Source of the DNA: Azolla caroliniana
Taxonomy: Eukaryota; Plantae; Polypodiophyta
DNA: 64,000 nt
Assembly: GCA_043228905.1 (NCBI GenBank)
Contig: JBHGNT010000003.1
Coordinates: forward strand, 9,300,001-9,364,000
Direction: 5' to 3'
Position numbers and translations under genes: made by a program. Under the pieces are notes generated by a model, which worked only from the letters and a program-made list of their open reading frames with translations, was not told the DNA's origin and did no database searches. Below, one piece after another: positions 13,031 through 26,119 of this stretch. Position 1 is the stretch's first letter. Every line of letters starts with the position of its first letter.

Positions 13031-14849
13031 GGTAGCATTGCGTATGTGCATGTACTAAAGGAGAAAAGGAGAAAGCTGGATGCAAAGGCCAAGAAATGCA
13101 TCTTGGTCGGTTACTTGGACGAGCAGAAGGGTTATAAGTGCTATAACCCTCGCACCAAATAAGCGTGTGTTAGCCGCGACGTTGTGGTTGACGAGGCCGC
13201 GTCCTGGTACCAGCCCCCGACTCCAATCCGTGTTTTGACGATGAGGTCAGCGAGGCCGAGATGCCTCCGGATGAGCCCGAAATCGAGATCCGCGAAGAGA
13301 GTCTGATTTCACTCCGTTTAAGTGGATCGATTGGACGATTGAGTCGGTACGATCAGTCCGATGAAGAGCCGGCGAGTAGTGGAGACTCAGCTGTGCATTC
13401 CTCGCGCAGGAAGTCGAGGAGACGGCTTATGCGCAAAGAGAAAGGGAAGAAGAAGGTGTCGGACTCTGGCACGGATAGGAACGAGTCAGACCGACGCGAG
13501 TTCGACTCCGAGGGAACCGGTGACGGGTCTTTAAAGGTGAAGACTGCGTCGACCGAAAAGGCCTCGACATCGACTAATGTGAGATTACGCCGATCTACCC
13601 GCCAGAAGAATCCTGTTTTGCGGTTCGGATACAACGAGTACATGGCGCATCATTATGCGTATATGACACGTGTAATGGAAGTGCATGAGCCGGAGAGCTA
13701 CGCAGAAGCGGCTAAAGACGCGAATTGGCGTGCCGCAATGGAGGAAGAGATGCACGCATTGGCGGAGAACGAGACCTGGGACCTGGTTGACGCACCAACA
13801 GGGGTAAAACCGATCGGGTGTAGGTGGGTGTACAAGGTCAAGTACAACACCGATGGCTCGGTCAACCGGTACAAGGCTCGGCTAGTGGCAAAGGGCTACG
13901 CGCAGAAACACGGCATCGACTACGATGAGACATTTGCGTCAGTCGCGAAAATGACGATCGTTCGTGTTTTGCTCGCAGTAGCTGCGGTGAAGGGGTGGCA
14001 CTTAAATCAGATGGATGTAAAGAATGCGTTCCTGCAAGGAGACCTTGAGGAACAGGTGTACATGGTACAACCCCCCGGATTTCACTCTGGAACGAACTCC
14101 TCGGTAGTATGCCGACTGAAGAAGTCCCTTTACGGACTGAAGCAAGCCCCGCGTGCCTGGAACGCGAAGATCACGCAACAACTGCGTCAGATTGGCTTCG
14201 TCACGTCAAAATCAGACTCTTCCCTGTTCATCTCGAAAGGTCGACTCGGACCGGTTAGTTTTTACTATATGTTGATGACTTGGTCATCACCGGTGCCGAC
14301 CTAGGTGAAATCGACCACGTGAAGCTCCAACTTGCGGGATCATTCGACATGAAGGATCTGGGGGACCTTCATTACTTCCTCGGGATCGAAGTGTGACGAG
14401 AGCTCAAGGCTCCTTATGCGCAACGCTCGGCCACAACCGAGCTTAGAATGATACACAGAAAACGGGAGATAAAACAGGACAAGAAGAAGAGCAAAATACA
14501 CAGGAGGTTTAACGTGGAAAACCCCAAACTAGGGGAAAAATCACGGCAGCCCACAGGCTGCAAACTGTCACTACGTAAGAATATACAACAGTGAGTTTAC
14601 TGAGGCACCGACCTCGTGCTCACAGATCTTCGCCACAGGCGGCGGTTACAACAGAGGCAACAACCTCTTTCTTTTTCTCTCTCTATGTGTACAGTTATGC
14701 ACACTCTCTATTCTTGCACCAACAAGAATGACAACAACTAACTCTAAAAGTTTGCCCTAAGTCATATTTATACTATTATGACTTTTCGGCTATTTACAAA
14801 TGTAGCCGCAATGGATTATCAAAAACATATTTACTAATATGTCTCTTCA

Positions 14850-15130
14850 TCCGGTTCATATACCGGGTCTGTACCATCCGGCTCTCCATAACCAGGTACT
14901 CTTCATCCGGTTCACACCGGGTCTGCACCATCCGGCTCTCCGTAGCCGGGTACTCTTCATCCGGTTCACACCCGGTCTGCACCATCCGGCTCTCCGTAGC
15001 CGGGTACTCTTCATCCGGTTCACACCGGGTCTACACCATCCAGCTCTCCGTAGCCGGGTACTCTTCATCCGGTTCACACCGGGTCTGCACCATCCGGCTC
15101 TCCGTAGCCGGGTACTCCTCTTCCGGTTTC
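14850..15130. repeat. 54-bp tandem minisatellite inside the Copia-2 LTR (about 5 units here, about 3 in the other LTR)
   Basis: CCATCCGGCTCTCCGTAGCCGGGTACTCTTCATCCGGTTCACACCGGGTCTGCA repeated; gives an 18-aa periodicity in the spurious ORFs. Confidence 0.92.
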
Positions 15131-15204
15131 GGTCGAGATTGTTCATCGGCACTGTTCTTCTCCCTTCCCATCCGGAGGGACCTGTCTCCCAACAAACTCC
15201 CCCT

Positions 15205-18200
15205 TCACTCCGGCATGGGGTGACTTACCAGCCCGATCCTCTTCCGGCATGCATTCAGCTTGTCGGGTGTGAGCACTTTGGTCAGCATATCTGACCCGTT
15301 CTCGGCCGTGTGGATTTTCGTCAGCGCGAACTCCTGGTCATCTACTCTTTCCCGGATCCAGTGATATCTCCGTAGGATATGCTTCGTCCGGGAATGGTAG
15401 GCCGCATTCTTAGCAAGGTGGATGGCACTTTGATTGTCGCAATAGAGTCGGTATTCATCTTGCCGGATACCAAGCTCTCCGATGAAGTCCTTCATCCATA
15501 AGATTTCCTTGCCGGCTTCCACAGCTGCCATGTACTCCGCCTCTGTGGTTGACAATGCAACCGTCTTCTGCAGCCTCGACAGCCACGAAACAGCTCCCCC
15601 TGCATATGTCATTACATACCTGGATGTAGACCGGCTGGTATCCACATCAGCCGACATGTCCGAATCGCTGAAACCGTCCAGTTGAGGCTTTCCGGAGCTG
15701 AAACGGAGATACATATTTGAAGTGCCCTTCAAATACCGGAGTATCCATTTGACCGCGTTCCAGTGCTCCTTGCTGGGATTACTCATGAACCGGCTCACCA
15801 CTCCGACTGCGTATCCTATATCCGGTCGAGTACAAACCATTGCGTACATCAAGCTCCCGACGGCAGAGGCATATGGAATCTTCATCATATCCGCCTTCTC
15901 TACTTTCTTCTTCGGGCTCTGCTTACCGGATAGCTTGCAGTTTGCCGGAAGTGTCGATCCGACCGGTTTCGCTTCTAACATGTTGAACCGCTGAAGCACC
16001 TTTGTCACGTACTTCTCCTGTGACAGCCATAATTGCTTCTTTGACTGGTCCCGAATGATGTGCATCCCCAACATCTGTCTTGCCGGACCCAAGTCTTTCA
16101 TTGAGAAGGTCCGGTTGAGAGCCTTCTTCAACATCCGTATTTTGACTTGGTCACGTCCAACGATCAACATGTCATCCACGTACAGAAGGAGTATTAGGAA
16201 GTCGCCTCCTTTAAACTTCTTCACAAACACACAGTGATCGGCCTGTGTCTTGTGGTACCCTTGATCGGTCATGAAGGAGTCGAACTTCCGGTACCATTGC
16301 TGGGGAGCCTGCTTCAGTTCGTACAGGCTCTTCTTCAACCGGCATACCAGGTGCTCCTTCTCTTTCTCCACGAATCCTTCCGGTTGCTGCATGTAGATCT
16401 CCTCTTCGAGGTCGCCGTGAAGGAATGTCGTCTTCACGTCCAGCTACTCTACCTCAAGGTCCATGCTTGCCGCTACACTCAACACCGTCCGGATGGAGGT
16501 CATCTTTACTACCGGGGCAAATATCTCGTCGAAGTCCACGCCCTTCTTCTGCTGGAACCCATTCACCACGATCCTGGCTTTGTATCTCGGGGGGTTGCCA
16601 GCATCTCCCGGTTTCAACTTGTACACCCACTTGTTTCGGAGTGCCCGCTTTCCTTTCGGCAACTCCACCAATTCGTACGTATGGTTCTCATGCAGGGAAT
16701 CCATCTCATCCTGCATGGCACTTAACCATTTTCGGCTGTGGGTGTCATCCTTCGCTTCTTCGAAGCTTTCCGGCTCCCCCTTATCGGTCAGCAGAACATG
16801 CTCTACATCCGGAAATCTCTGGGGGGGCCTTCTCTCTCTAAGAGGGTATCTACGTCTTTGGGCTTCGGTGACCGGCTCATCCATCTGCTCTTCATCCGAA
16901 TCCGATTCGGGGTCTTGGCCGGTTCCGGTTTCAGCTTCCTCTACTTCTTCTTCAGCCTGTTCGGTATCCTCACCGTAACCGGCTGGTCCCTCGAGTGCTA
17001 ACAGGTCTCTTGCCGGTTGGATTTGCTCATCGTAGAGTCGATCCTTACCGGTCGACTCGGAGTTCATTATCTTCTTCTCCGACTCCCAGTCGGCGAGTGT
17101 CTTGTCCTCCATGAAGATAATATCTCGACTCCGGAATACCTTCTTGTTGACCGGGTCCCACACTCGGTAGCCGAACTCATCGTCACCGGAACCGAGGAAT
17201 ATGCATGGCCGGGTCTTTGGATCTAACTTTCCTCTCCGGTCCTTAGCTACATGCATGTACGCGAGACACCCGAACACCTTCAGATGCCGGTAGGGCACTT
17301 CCTTACAGGTCCATACTCTCTGTGGCGTGTCTCCGTCCAAGGGTACTAAGGGTGATCTGTTTATCACGTATGTCGCTATCGACAATGCCTCAGCCCAAAA
17401 CTTCTTGGGTAGTTTTGCATGCGCCAGCATACTCCGAACCCTCTCCATTATGGTCCAGTTCATCCTCTCGGCCAGTCCGTTTAGTTCCGGCGTCTTCGGC
17501 ATGGTAAATTCGAGCCGGATTCCCTTCGAGAGGCAGTACTTCTCGAACTGCTCCCGGTATTCTCCTCCGTTGTCTGCTCGAACCGCCGTCAGCTTCCGGC
17601 CGGTTTCTCTTTCCACTCTCACGTGGAGCTCTTTGAAGACGGATAGCACCTGATCCTTCGTCTTCAACGGTGTGGCCCACAGCTTCCGGCTGTGGTCATC
17701 TATAAACATCACAAAGTACTGCGCTCCGGCATGTGACTTCGTGTCTACTTGACAAACATCCGTATGCACCAACTCTAGTGGTGCATTATGTCTCATCGGT
17801 GGCCTTGGTCGGAAGGAGGTTCGGTTTTGTTTACCGGCCAGACAGTCAGTGCACTTCTCCAAGTGCACGTTCTTCACTGGAATGAGGTTGTCGTCTGCAA
17901 GCCTCTTCATCCCCTTCTCGCTCATATGACACAATCTCTTGTGCCACAGCTCACCGGCAGTGTCGGATGCCACATTCACTTCTTCCGGGCATAACCGGGC
18001 ATTCATCAGGTACAGTGTGTTGACCTTCCGGGCCCGAGCCACAATCAGGCTCCCTTTGCTAAACTTCATGACACCGTTCCGGATGTTACCCGTGTAGCCT
18101 TCATCATCTAGCCGACTGGCTGATATCAGGTTCAGACGAACCTCCGGAACGTGTCAGACATCCTTCAGCAGCAACTTGCATCCAGTTGGTGTTGACAGCC

Positions 18201-19250
18201 ACACGTCTCCTATGCCGACAATTCGGCATGTACCTTCATTCCCCATTCGGACACAGCCGTGGTCACGGGCTAAGTAGGATGAGAAGCATTTCCGGTCCGG
18301 GGTAAGGTGGAACGATGCTCCGGAGTCTACCACCCAGGTCATCTCATCGCCGACAAGGTTTATCTCACTCTCCTCGGTGATGAGCATCAACTCTTCTTCA
18401 CTTGCTGCGATTGCCGTCGTTCCCTTCCGGTCGTCCCCTTCCGGTCTTTACCGTTCCGGTCTGGGGTCCGCTTCGAATCGGTACCGTCGGTTTCCTTGTC
18501 TTTACGGAAATGCCGACAGTTCTTTTGGAAGTGACTCGGCTTGCCGCAATAGAAGCAAGTGGGCCTCTCCCTTGACTTTGACCGTGTCCCCAACTTCTCC
18601 CGGTTCTGGGGACTACGGTTTCTATGTCTTCCGCATTCCGATTCGGTAAGGAGTGCTTTGGAGTCGGAGCTCGTATCTTTATCTTTCCGACGCGCCTCCT
18701 CATCTAGCAAGCTCGACTTTACTCTTGCTAGGGATAACTGTTTTCCTTCCGGCCCAGCGTTGCCCAAAGTGACAACCAACGTCTCCCAGCTATCTGGGAG
18801 GGAACCGAGCAGGAGTAGCGCTAGTACCTCATCGGCGAGAGGTACTTCCAATGATGTTGCCTGGTGTATCAACCCCTGGAAGGCATTCATGTGCTCCGCC
18901 ATGCTGGAGCCATCTTGGTACCAGAGTCTTACTAGCTTCCGGAATACGGAAACCTGATTAACAACATTTTTTTTCTGAAACATTATGCCGATCTTCTCCC
19001 AGAGCTCATGAGCCTTGCTCTCTTCATTGAAGTTGTTGTACAGGCTCATGTCGATTAAGCACCGTATGTACACCGTTGTCTTCATGTGCATCACCTCCCA
19101 TATCGCGGCGTCGATTTTGTCCGGCCTCTTGTCCCCGAACTGAACCGGCAGCCAGAGGTTTTTAACCACGAGCATGTCCCTCATCTTCGACTTCCACACT
19201 GAATAGTTGGAGCCGGTGAGCTTGAACATGCCGCCAAACGAATCGTCCAT
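15205..19250 (-). pseudogene. Copia-2 gag-pol, almost intact (few stops or frameshifts)
   Basis: CFYCGKPSHFQKNC; WVVDSGASFH; HTDVCQ...ADNGGEY; LYVDD; RNase H HSRTKHI. Split into the 18387-19292, 18154-18390, 16444-18069 and 15205-16437 ORFs. Confidence 0.93.
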
Positions 19251-21359
19251 TTTCTGTGTCGCTCGCTCTGATACCACTTGACAAGAGCTCAAGGCTCCTT
19301 ATGCGCAACGCTCGGCCACAACCGAGCTTAGAATGATACACAGAAAACGGGAGATAAAACACGACAAGAAGAAGAGGAAAATACACAGGAGGTTTAACGT
19401 GGAAAACCCCAAACTAGGGGATAAACCACGGCAGCCCACAGGCTGCAAACTGTCACTATGTAAGAATATACAACAGTGAGTTTACTGAGGCACCGACCTC
19501 GTGCTCACAGATCTTCGCCACAGGCGGCGGTTACAACAGAGGCAACGACCTCTTTCTCTCTCTCTCTCTCTCTGTACAATTACGCACACTCTCTATTCTT
19601 GCACCAACAAGAATGACAACAACTAACTCTAAAAGTTTGCCCTAAGTCATATTTATACTATTATGACTTTTCGGCTATTTACAAATGTAGCCGCAATGGA
19701 CTATCATAAACATATTTACTAATATGTCTCTTCATCTGGTTCATACCAGGTCTGTACCATCCGGCTCTCCGTAGCCGGGTACTCTTCATCCGGTTCACAC
19801 CGGGTCTGCACTATCCGGCTCTCCGTAGCCAGGTACTCTTCATCCGGTTCATACCGGGTCTGCACCATCCGGCTCTCCATAGCCGGGTACTCCTCTTCCG
19901 GTTCACACCTCGGCCTATCGGCCCCGGCCGAGATTGTTCGTCGGCACTGTTCTTCTCCCTTCCCATCCGGAGGCACCTGTCTCCCAACAAAGTGATCCGT
20001 ACCCTTGAAGGCATATTGATCAGCCAACGTCATTACGTGCTGAGTATGCTCTTCAAATTTGGGATGGCCGACTGTAAGTCCGTCTCGACTCCTCTGGACA
20101 GAATCGTCAAGCTTCGTCCCAATACGGGAAAGGTATGCGACCCGACGAGGTTCTAACAAATTGTCGGAAGCCTCATATACTTGACCATCACCCGACTCGA
20201 CCTCAGTTATCCGGTCGGAGTGATCAGTCAGTTCATGGCGTGACCTACCGAGGAGCACCTCCAGTGTGCGCAACACATACTTCGGTATGTCAACGGCACT
20301 AAGGACTGGGGACTGCTATATCGGACCGGTGCAGCCGCGCAGTTAGTCGGCTACACCGATGTTGATTGGGCTGGCAATGCCCCCGATCGCCGATCCACGT
20401 CCGGATACGCGTTCTGCCTCGGGAGTGTCGCAATCGCGTGGAGCAGTAAGAAGCAGCCGACAGTTGCACTGTCGAGCACCGACGCTGAGTATCGAGGAGC
20501 GGCTGTCGTGACATGCGAAGCCATATGGTTGAAGCGGCTACTTAAGGACCTGCAAGAGGAGGTGTCCGATCCGATGACGATCTACTGCGACAACCTCAGC
20601 AGCATCCAGCTCGCGAAAAACCCCGTTTTCCATTCATGGACCAAGCACATTGAGGTGCACTACCATTTCGTCCGTGAGCGTGTCCTTTCCTATGAAGTCG
20701 AACTTCAGTACGTGCCGACGGATCGACAGACTGCCGACATCTTCACAAAGCCTCTTGGTCTAGACAAGTTGCGGCAATTCTCAGGTGCGCTCGGGTTGCA
20801 TCACCTCGACGTGCCAAACTTGAGGGGGAGAACAGTCCTGAACGGCCAAGCAAGGCAGCAGGAAAGGAACAAAGACCACGACACCGAGTCGGTTGACTCG
20901 GTTGTCGAGTTCGACTTCGAATCGGCTGAAGAAGCCGAGGGCGGACCCGCGGAAAAGTTCGGAACCGGACAGAAGGGGAACAGCCGAAGGAGAGAGCCAA
21001 AGCCAACCACGCATGGGGAAGATGACGCCACCGAGGGCGAGAAAACCGAAGACGAGTTGGAGACAGCCAACTCGGACGAGAGTGAAAACCGATCGGAGGT
21101 AGCCGAGCTGGTTCAGATGTTTGATTCAGATACGCTGAATCAATCGAGGCCCAAGCGGAAGAAAAGGCAGCAGGAGAAGCGTCAACACCGCAACAACAGA
21201 AGAGCTGATAAGGACCACATGAGCAGACAAGCCGACCGGAAGGGTCGAAGCGCGCGGAGTCGAACAGGTCGAGGAGCGCGAGCGAGGCGTGAAGCCAGGA
21301 GGAACCGGAGCTGTGAGCTCGAAGATCCCGAAGAGCCTCAAGTTGAGCTTGAGGGGGAG

Positions 21360-21814
21360 TGTTGAGAGACAAGCTCAACATCGGCCGGATCGGCTGAAGA
21401 AGCCGAGGACCGGATCGGTTGGGACCGATCGGTTAGGCCGAATGCGTAAACCGGTACGCAGACCGGTGCGTAGGTAGGGCCGGATCGGTACGTAAACTGG
21501 GAGGCCGTTAGGAAAGATATTCCGTGAGGAATATATTTGGGAGTTAGTGTAGGAGCTCTTAATGAGCATTGAAGTACTGTCAGTACTTCGGTCAGTCCTT
21601 CTAGGACTTGTATAAAAGTGTTCATTGAACACACATATGTATACAGTGTAGTGAATAGAGATTGAGTTTTTGTTGAATATAGTTCTTGTGCTTTCTCTCT
21701 CTCACTCTCTCTGTCTCTCCCGCGTATACTGTGTAAGCTCAAGCTCTCCATTGAACCTGAGTTTTCTTCCTCCTGTTTGGTCTTCATACTTGCTTCCGCA
21801 CGCTACTTTTTACA
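21360..21814 (+). repeat. 3' LTR of Copia-1
   Basis: Follows the PPT; direct repeat of 9702-10142; followed by TSD AAAGT. Confidence 0.95.
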
Positions 21815-21829
21815 AAAGTTTTTTTTTTA

Positions 21830-22376
21830 TTTCGAAAAAAATAAAATTCAAAACTTTAAACTTGAATTCAATACTAAGTATGGAATTGTGATGAAAACAC
21901 TTTGAACCTCAGTATCAAATTATACTACAATCTGAATTCGTTACATTGTATTGAATTGTACTGAAATATCTGTTTTTGAATTAATTATGTCAATGGTAAT
22001 AATTTTATTTTATTTCAAATAAAATAAAATTCAAAACTTTAAACTTGAATTCGATACTAAGTATGGAATTGTGATGAAAATAAAGTGTTTTCATTACAAT
22101 TCGATACTTAGTATCGAGTTCAGGTTTAAAGTTTTTTAATTTTGTTTTTCACAATTCGATAATTAGTAATGAATTCAAATTTAAAGTTTTTCTTTTTTTT
22201 CATGAAAAACAAAAATTGAATAAAATAAAAACTTTGAACTTGAATTCGATACTAAGAATCCAATTGTGATGAAAACACTTTTTACTTCAGTATTGAATTG
22301 TATTGGAATATGAATTCATTACATTGTATCGAATTGTACTGAAATCTCTGTTTCAAGAATAATTTGGTCCATGGTA
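21830..22376. repeat. AT-rich internal direct and inverted repeats of TIR element copy 2
   Basis: GAATTCGATACTAAGTATGGAATTGTGATGAAAA units. 21850-22010 and 22230-22400 are inverted relative to 9520-9700. Confidence 0.75.
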
Positions 22377-22454
22377 ATCATTGTGTATGACTTTACATTG
22401 ACAAAAGTATGATGTTTAAGGATGTCAATGATAGAAATTATTAAAGAGAAATTA
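22377..22454 (+). pseudogene. Remnant of the Sola-like transposase C-terminus
   Basis: IIVYDFTLTKV*CLRMSMIEIIKEKL versus ILVYDFSLTKSGHLRQATIKIIKEKIL in the 48412-48735 ORF. Confidence 0.75.
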
Positions 22455-22995
22455 CTGTCTAGAAGGTGTCTCAGATTGAAGGCGAACAAGATTTAGTGCA
22501 CATAATTTGGAGAGACCATCTAGTTTTAGATGAAGACAATGCATGATTGGTACATTTGAAAAGGAGGAGGAAGAGTCACAATTGTATATTAGCTATAATA
22601 GCGACTCTTATGAAAGGAGTGATCACAATGATCCAAATAACTCCTGAATGTATATTTTGTGCAACGATATGTAACAGATGTAAAAACCATTTTATTCAAT
22701 GAAATACAAAAGCTTATTGTTTTGAAATCTTTTGCTTTTGATTTCTTTAAGATACACAAAGTTGACATTTTTCCTTTAAAATACACAAAGTTGCTTTTCG
22801 TATTTGGCCAAATTTTGACATTTTCTAATTTTACTAAATGGTGAAATTTTTAGCTTTTTCATCAAGTTTTCGAGAACATGTGATACTGGTATCAAGGTGT
22901 TTTGTGAAATGGCCAAAAAGGCCCCAAAATCAGACGGAATATTCCTTATCCTTCCATTTGTGCCCGATCCTTCCACTTGTGAACGCGAACGTGTT

Positions 22996-23700
22996 CCACC
23001 TGTTTACAATCAGAACTACACTTTCGAGTTTTGCATAAAGACTATGTTCTCGTAGCCATTTTAGTACTAATCGTACATGAGAATCATTCTCTTCTTGTGT
23101 TTTGGAGTAAATTAGTAGATTTTCTAGGTAGATCATCAGACAGATCTTCAAAAGATCTCAAAAAATGTCATTTGCCTGTGCTAGAAGGCTGTTGGTGTGT
23201 TGGTGTGCCTGAATAGCATAATCGTTACTCAAAATGCCCATTGGGTGTGGAAAGTTGTCTTCCACTTGTCTCTTGGCCGGATACGTACAAGGTTATCTGC
23301 TCCTCATAAGTCAATCTTCATGAAAAACTTTGCAACATTAATCCTTTCTAAAAGACTCGAGATCTGGGGAAGTGCATACCTATTTTTTATGGTGACTTTA
23401 TTCAAGCCACAGTAATCCATGACTAGACGAAGTGATCCATCTTTTTTATTTACAAAGAAAAGAGGTGCACCGGCTGGAGATTTCAAATGTCAAATGAACC
23501 CATTCTCCAAGTTTTCCTCTATATAGGCTCGAAGAACTTCAAGTTTGGTTGGTGAAAAGTTGTAGATCGGTTACCATGGTGGCTCTTTTCGTGGTTGTAA
23601 ATCAATGGGACAATCATACGGTCGATGTTGAGGAAGAGTACTAACTTTTACCTTACTAAAAATGTCAGCATACTAGTGATACTTTTTTGGAAGTTGAATT
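22996..23700 (-). pseudogene. Gypsy RT fragment; upstream half of the element continued at 7943-8600
   Basis: [23 protein letters not shown]...NRYALP; IYLENLLIYSKT; LYAKLE. Confidence 0.85.
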
Positions 23701-26119
23701 ATTGACTACTCCAGGGAGGAACACATCGGCACTCCTTCAGGAGATTGAAAAACGATTTGCGCGATTCTCAGCGCTCAACCGGAGCGTGCTCGACGGGAGC
23801 CTATGTGCTCTTTTTTGCTATTCAGTGCTCTTCGCCGCTTTCCGGCAACCTGTCTAGAACAGGAATAGATTCTGAACCAGTCCGCTCACCGTCCAGAGTT
23901 CGAGAGTCGATTCGGATCGGGTACGTTTCCGGAAACCAATCTGGTGAAGCTATGTGGAAACCAACACGGAATGCCTCCTCTCATTGCCTCCTTGGTCGGA
24001 GACCCCGGTGGTCCCGCCCCATTTCAACACAAGCCCGTGGATATCTGCGACAATGCAATGCGAGACACATGCCACTACACCAAATACCCTTGTAAGCCTA
24101 CAACTTTGTTTTGAGTTCGAACTCAAATGCCTCTCGTTGAGGTTAGGAACGTGGGGGCATTCTGACAATTGAACTCGGGAACTCTCGCATGCGAAGCGAG
24201 AAACATGCTACTAAACCTTATGCCCTTGTAAACCTACAACTTCGTTTTCGGTCGCCTCTCATCGAGGTTAGGAACGTGGGGGCATTCCAAGAAGTAAACT
24301 CGGGAACTCTCGTACCCAAAGAAAGAATCATGCCACTAGATTAAATGCCCTCATCAACACTATAAGTATGTTTAAAATCGTAAAGTAGTCAGGTTTTGAA
24401 AATTCAACTCAAACCCCTCTCGTAGAAGTTAGTGAAGTGGGGGCTTTCCAAGAATTGAACTTGGGACTTCTCACACCCTAAGTGAGAACCATGCCACTAG
24501 ACCAAATGCCCTTTCAATGTTAAAAATGGTAAACTAGTCTTGTTTCGATAGCTGAACTAAAAGGCATGTCATCGAGTTTAGAAAACTATGGCATTTTAAG
24601 AAGAAAACTCTAGACCTCTCACACTTTAAGAAAGAATCATGCCACTAGACTAAATGCCCTTGCATAATCGAGCTAAAAGGCTTGTCATCGAGGTTAAAAC
24701 TGTGGGGAATTTTGAGAAGTGAACTGCGAACCTTTCACACTTGATGAAAGAATCATGCCACTAGGCCAAATTCCTTTGTAACCCTTTGAATTTATTTCTT
24801 TTGAGAACTAAACTGAAACGCCCTTTGATAACCCAACTCAAACGCCTCTCGTCGAGGTGAGAAAAGTAGGGCATTTTGAGAAGTGAACTCCGAACCTCTC
24901 ACACTTGAAGAAAGAATCATGCCACAAGACTAAATGCCCTTCTAACCCTGTGAATTTGTTTTGTTTGATAAACGAACTAAAACACCTCTCGTCGAGGTTA
25001 GAAAAGTGGGGCATTTTGGGAAGTGAACTCCGGACACCTCACACATGAAGAAAACATCATGCCACTAGACCAAATGCCCTTCTAACCCTATGAATTTTTT
25101 TTGTTTGAGAACCGAATGCAAACGACTCTCGTCGAGGTTAGGAACCTTACGTGGGGCATTCAGAGAATTGAACTCGGGCCCTCTCGCATCCAAAGCAAGA
25201 ATCATGGCACTAGACCAAATGCCCTTGTTAACCTACAACTTCATCTTGAGTTCGAACTGAAACGCTTGTTATCGAGGTTATGAACGTGGGGGCATTCCAA
25301 GAATTGAACTCGGGAACTCTCGCACGCAAAGCGAGAAACATGCCACTAGAGAAAATCCCTTGTCAACACTATAAGTATGTTCAAAATCATAAAGTAGTCA
25401 CGTTTTTACAAGTTAGTGATATGGGGCTTTTAGAGAATTGAACTTGGAAGTTTAGTAAAGTGGGGCTTTCCAAGAATTGAACTTGGCACCTCTCACACCC
25501 AAACGAAGAATAAACCACTAGACCAAATGTCCTTTCAATATTATAAACTACTAAACTAATCATATTTTGATAGCCGAACTCAAATCCCTCTCGTCAAGGT
25601 TAGAAAAGTGGTGCAAATTGAGAAGTGAGCTCTGGACCCTCACACTTGAAAAAAGAATCATGCCACTAGACCAAATATTGTTTGATAACCGAACTAAAAA
25701 GCATGTCATCAATGTTAGAAAAGTGAGGCATTTTCAGAAGTGAAGTACAAAACTCTCACGCTTGAAGAAAGAATCATTTTTCTAGACCAAATGCCCTTGT
25801 AACTTTGTGAATTAGTTTTTTTTGAGAACCAAACTCAAACGCCTCTCATCGAGGTTAGAAAAGTGGGGCATTGTGGGAAGTGAACTCTGGACCCTCACAC
25901 TTGGAAAAAGAATCATGCCACTAGAAAAAATGTTGTTTGATAAATGAACTAAAACACATGTCATCAAGGTTAGAAAAGTCGTGCATTTTGAGAAGTGAAC
26001 TACAGATCTCTCACACTTGAAGAAAAAATCATGTTTCTAGAACAATTGCCCTTGTAACACTGTAAATTTGTTTTTTTGAGAACTGAACTAAAATGCCTCT
26101 CGTCCAGGTTAGGAACGTG

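Larger units (their letters stand above)
14394..19989 (-). mobile_element. Full-length Ty1/Copia element (Copia-2, Tnt1-like), inserted in the Copia-1 RT
   Basis: LTRs 14394-15194 and 19279-19989. TSD AAGTG. tRNA-iMet PBS (rc GCTCTGATACCA, 19265-19276). PPT rc at 15197-15206. Confidence 0.96.
10215..21365 (+). pseudogene. Copia-1 gag-pol, in pieces (10215-12307, 13036-14393, 19995-21365)
   Basis: gag NYASWSYKM; knuckle ECWYCGKKGHRESEC; protease WYVDSGASNHMT; integrase HSDVWGP and TPEQNGVAER; [11 protein letters not shown]; RNase H KHIEVHYHF. Stops and frameshifts present. Confidence 0.92.
9702..21814 (+). mobile_element. Full-length Ty1/Copia element (Copia-1) carrying two nested insertions
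   Basis: Near-identical LTRs 9702-10142 and 21360-21814 (TG...CA). TSD AAAGT on both sides. PBS TGGTATCAGAGC at 10143. PPT TGAGGGGGAG before the 3' LTR. Confidence 0.96.
8827..22995 (+). mobile_element. Internally deleted Sola-like TIR DNA transposon (copy 2), later invaded by Copia elements
   Basis: Left TIR AACACGTTCG(T/C)(G/A)TTTAGAAGTGGAAG at 8827 (and 8601). Right TIR CTTCCACTTGTGAACGCGAACGTGTT ends at 22995. 4-bp TSD CCAC (8823-8826 / 22996-22999); removing the insert restores the Gypsy RT codons QVEFLG. Confidence 0.82.

Noticed and set aside
12709-15294. Repetitive ORFs (STRLRRAGWCRPG, RSRVLFIRFTPGLHHPAL)
   Set aside because: Artefacts of the 54-bp LTR minisatellite, whose length is a multiple of three.
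16234-17994. Long antisense ORFs over Copia and Gypsy pol regions
   Set aside because: Shadow frames of GC-rich coding sequence on the opposite strand.
23745-24060. GC-richer segment with small ORFs between the Gypsy RT and the tRNA array
   Set aside because: No recognisable motif, termini or TSD; left unannotated.
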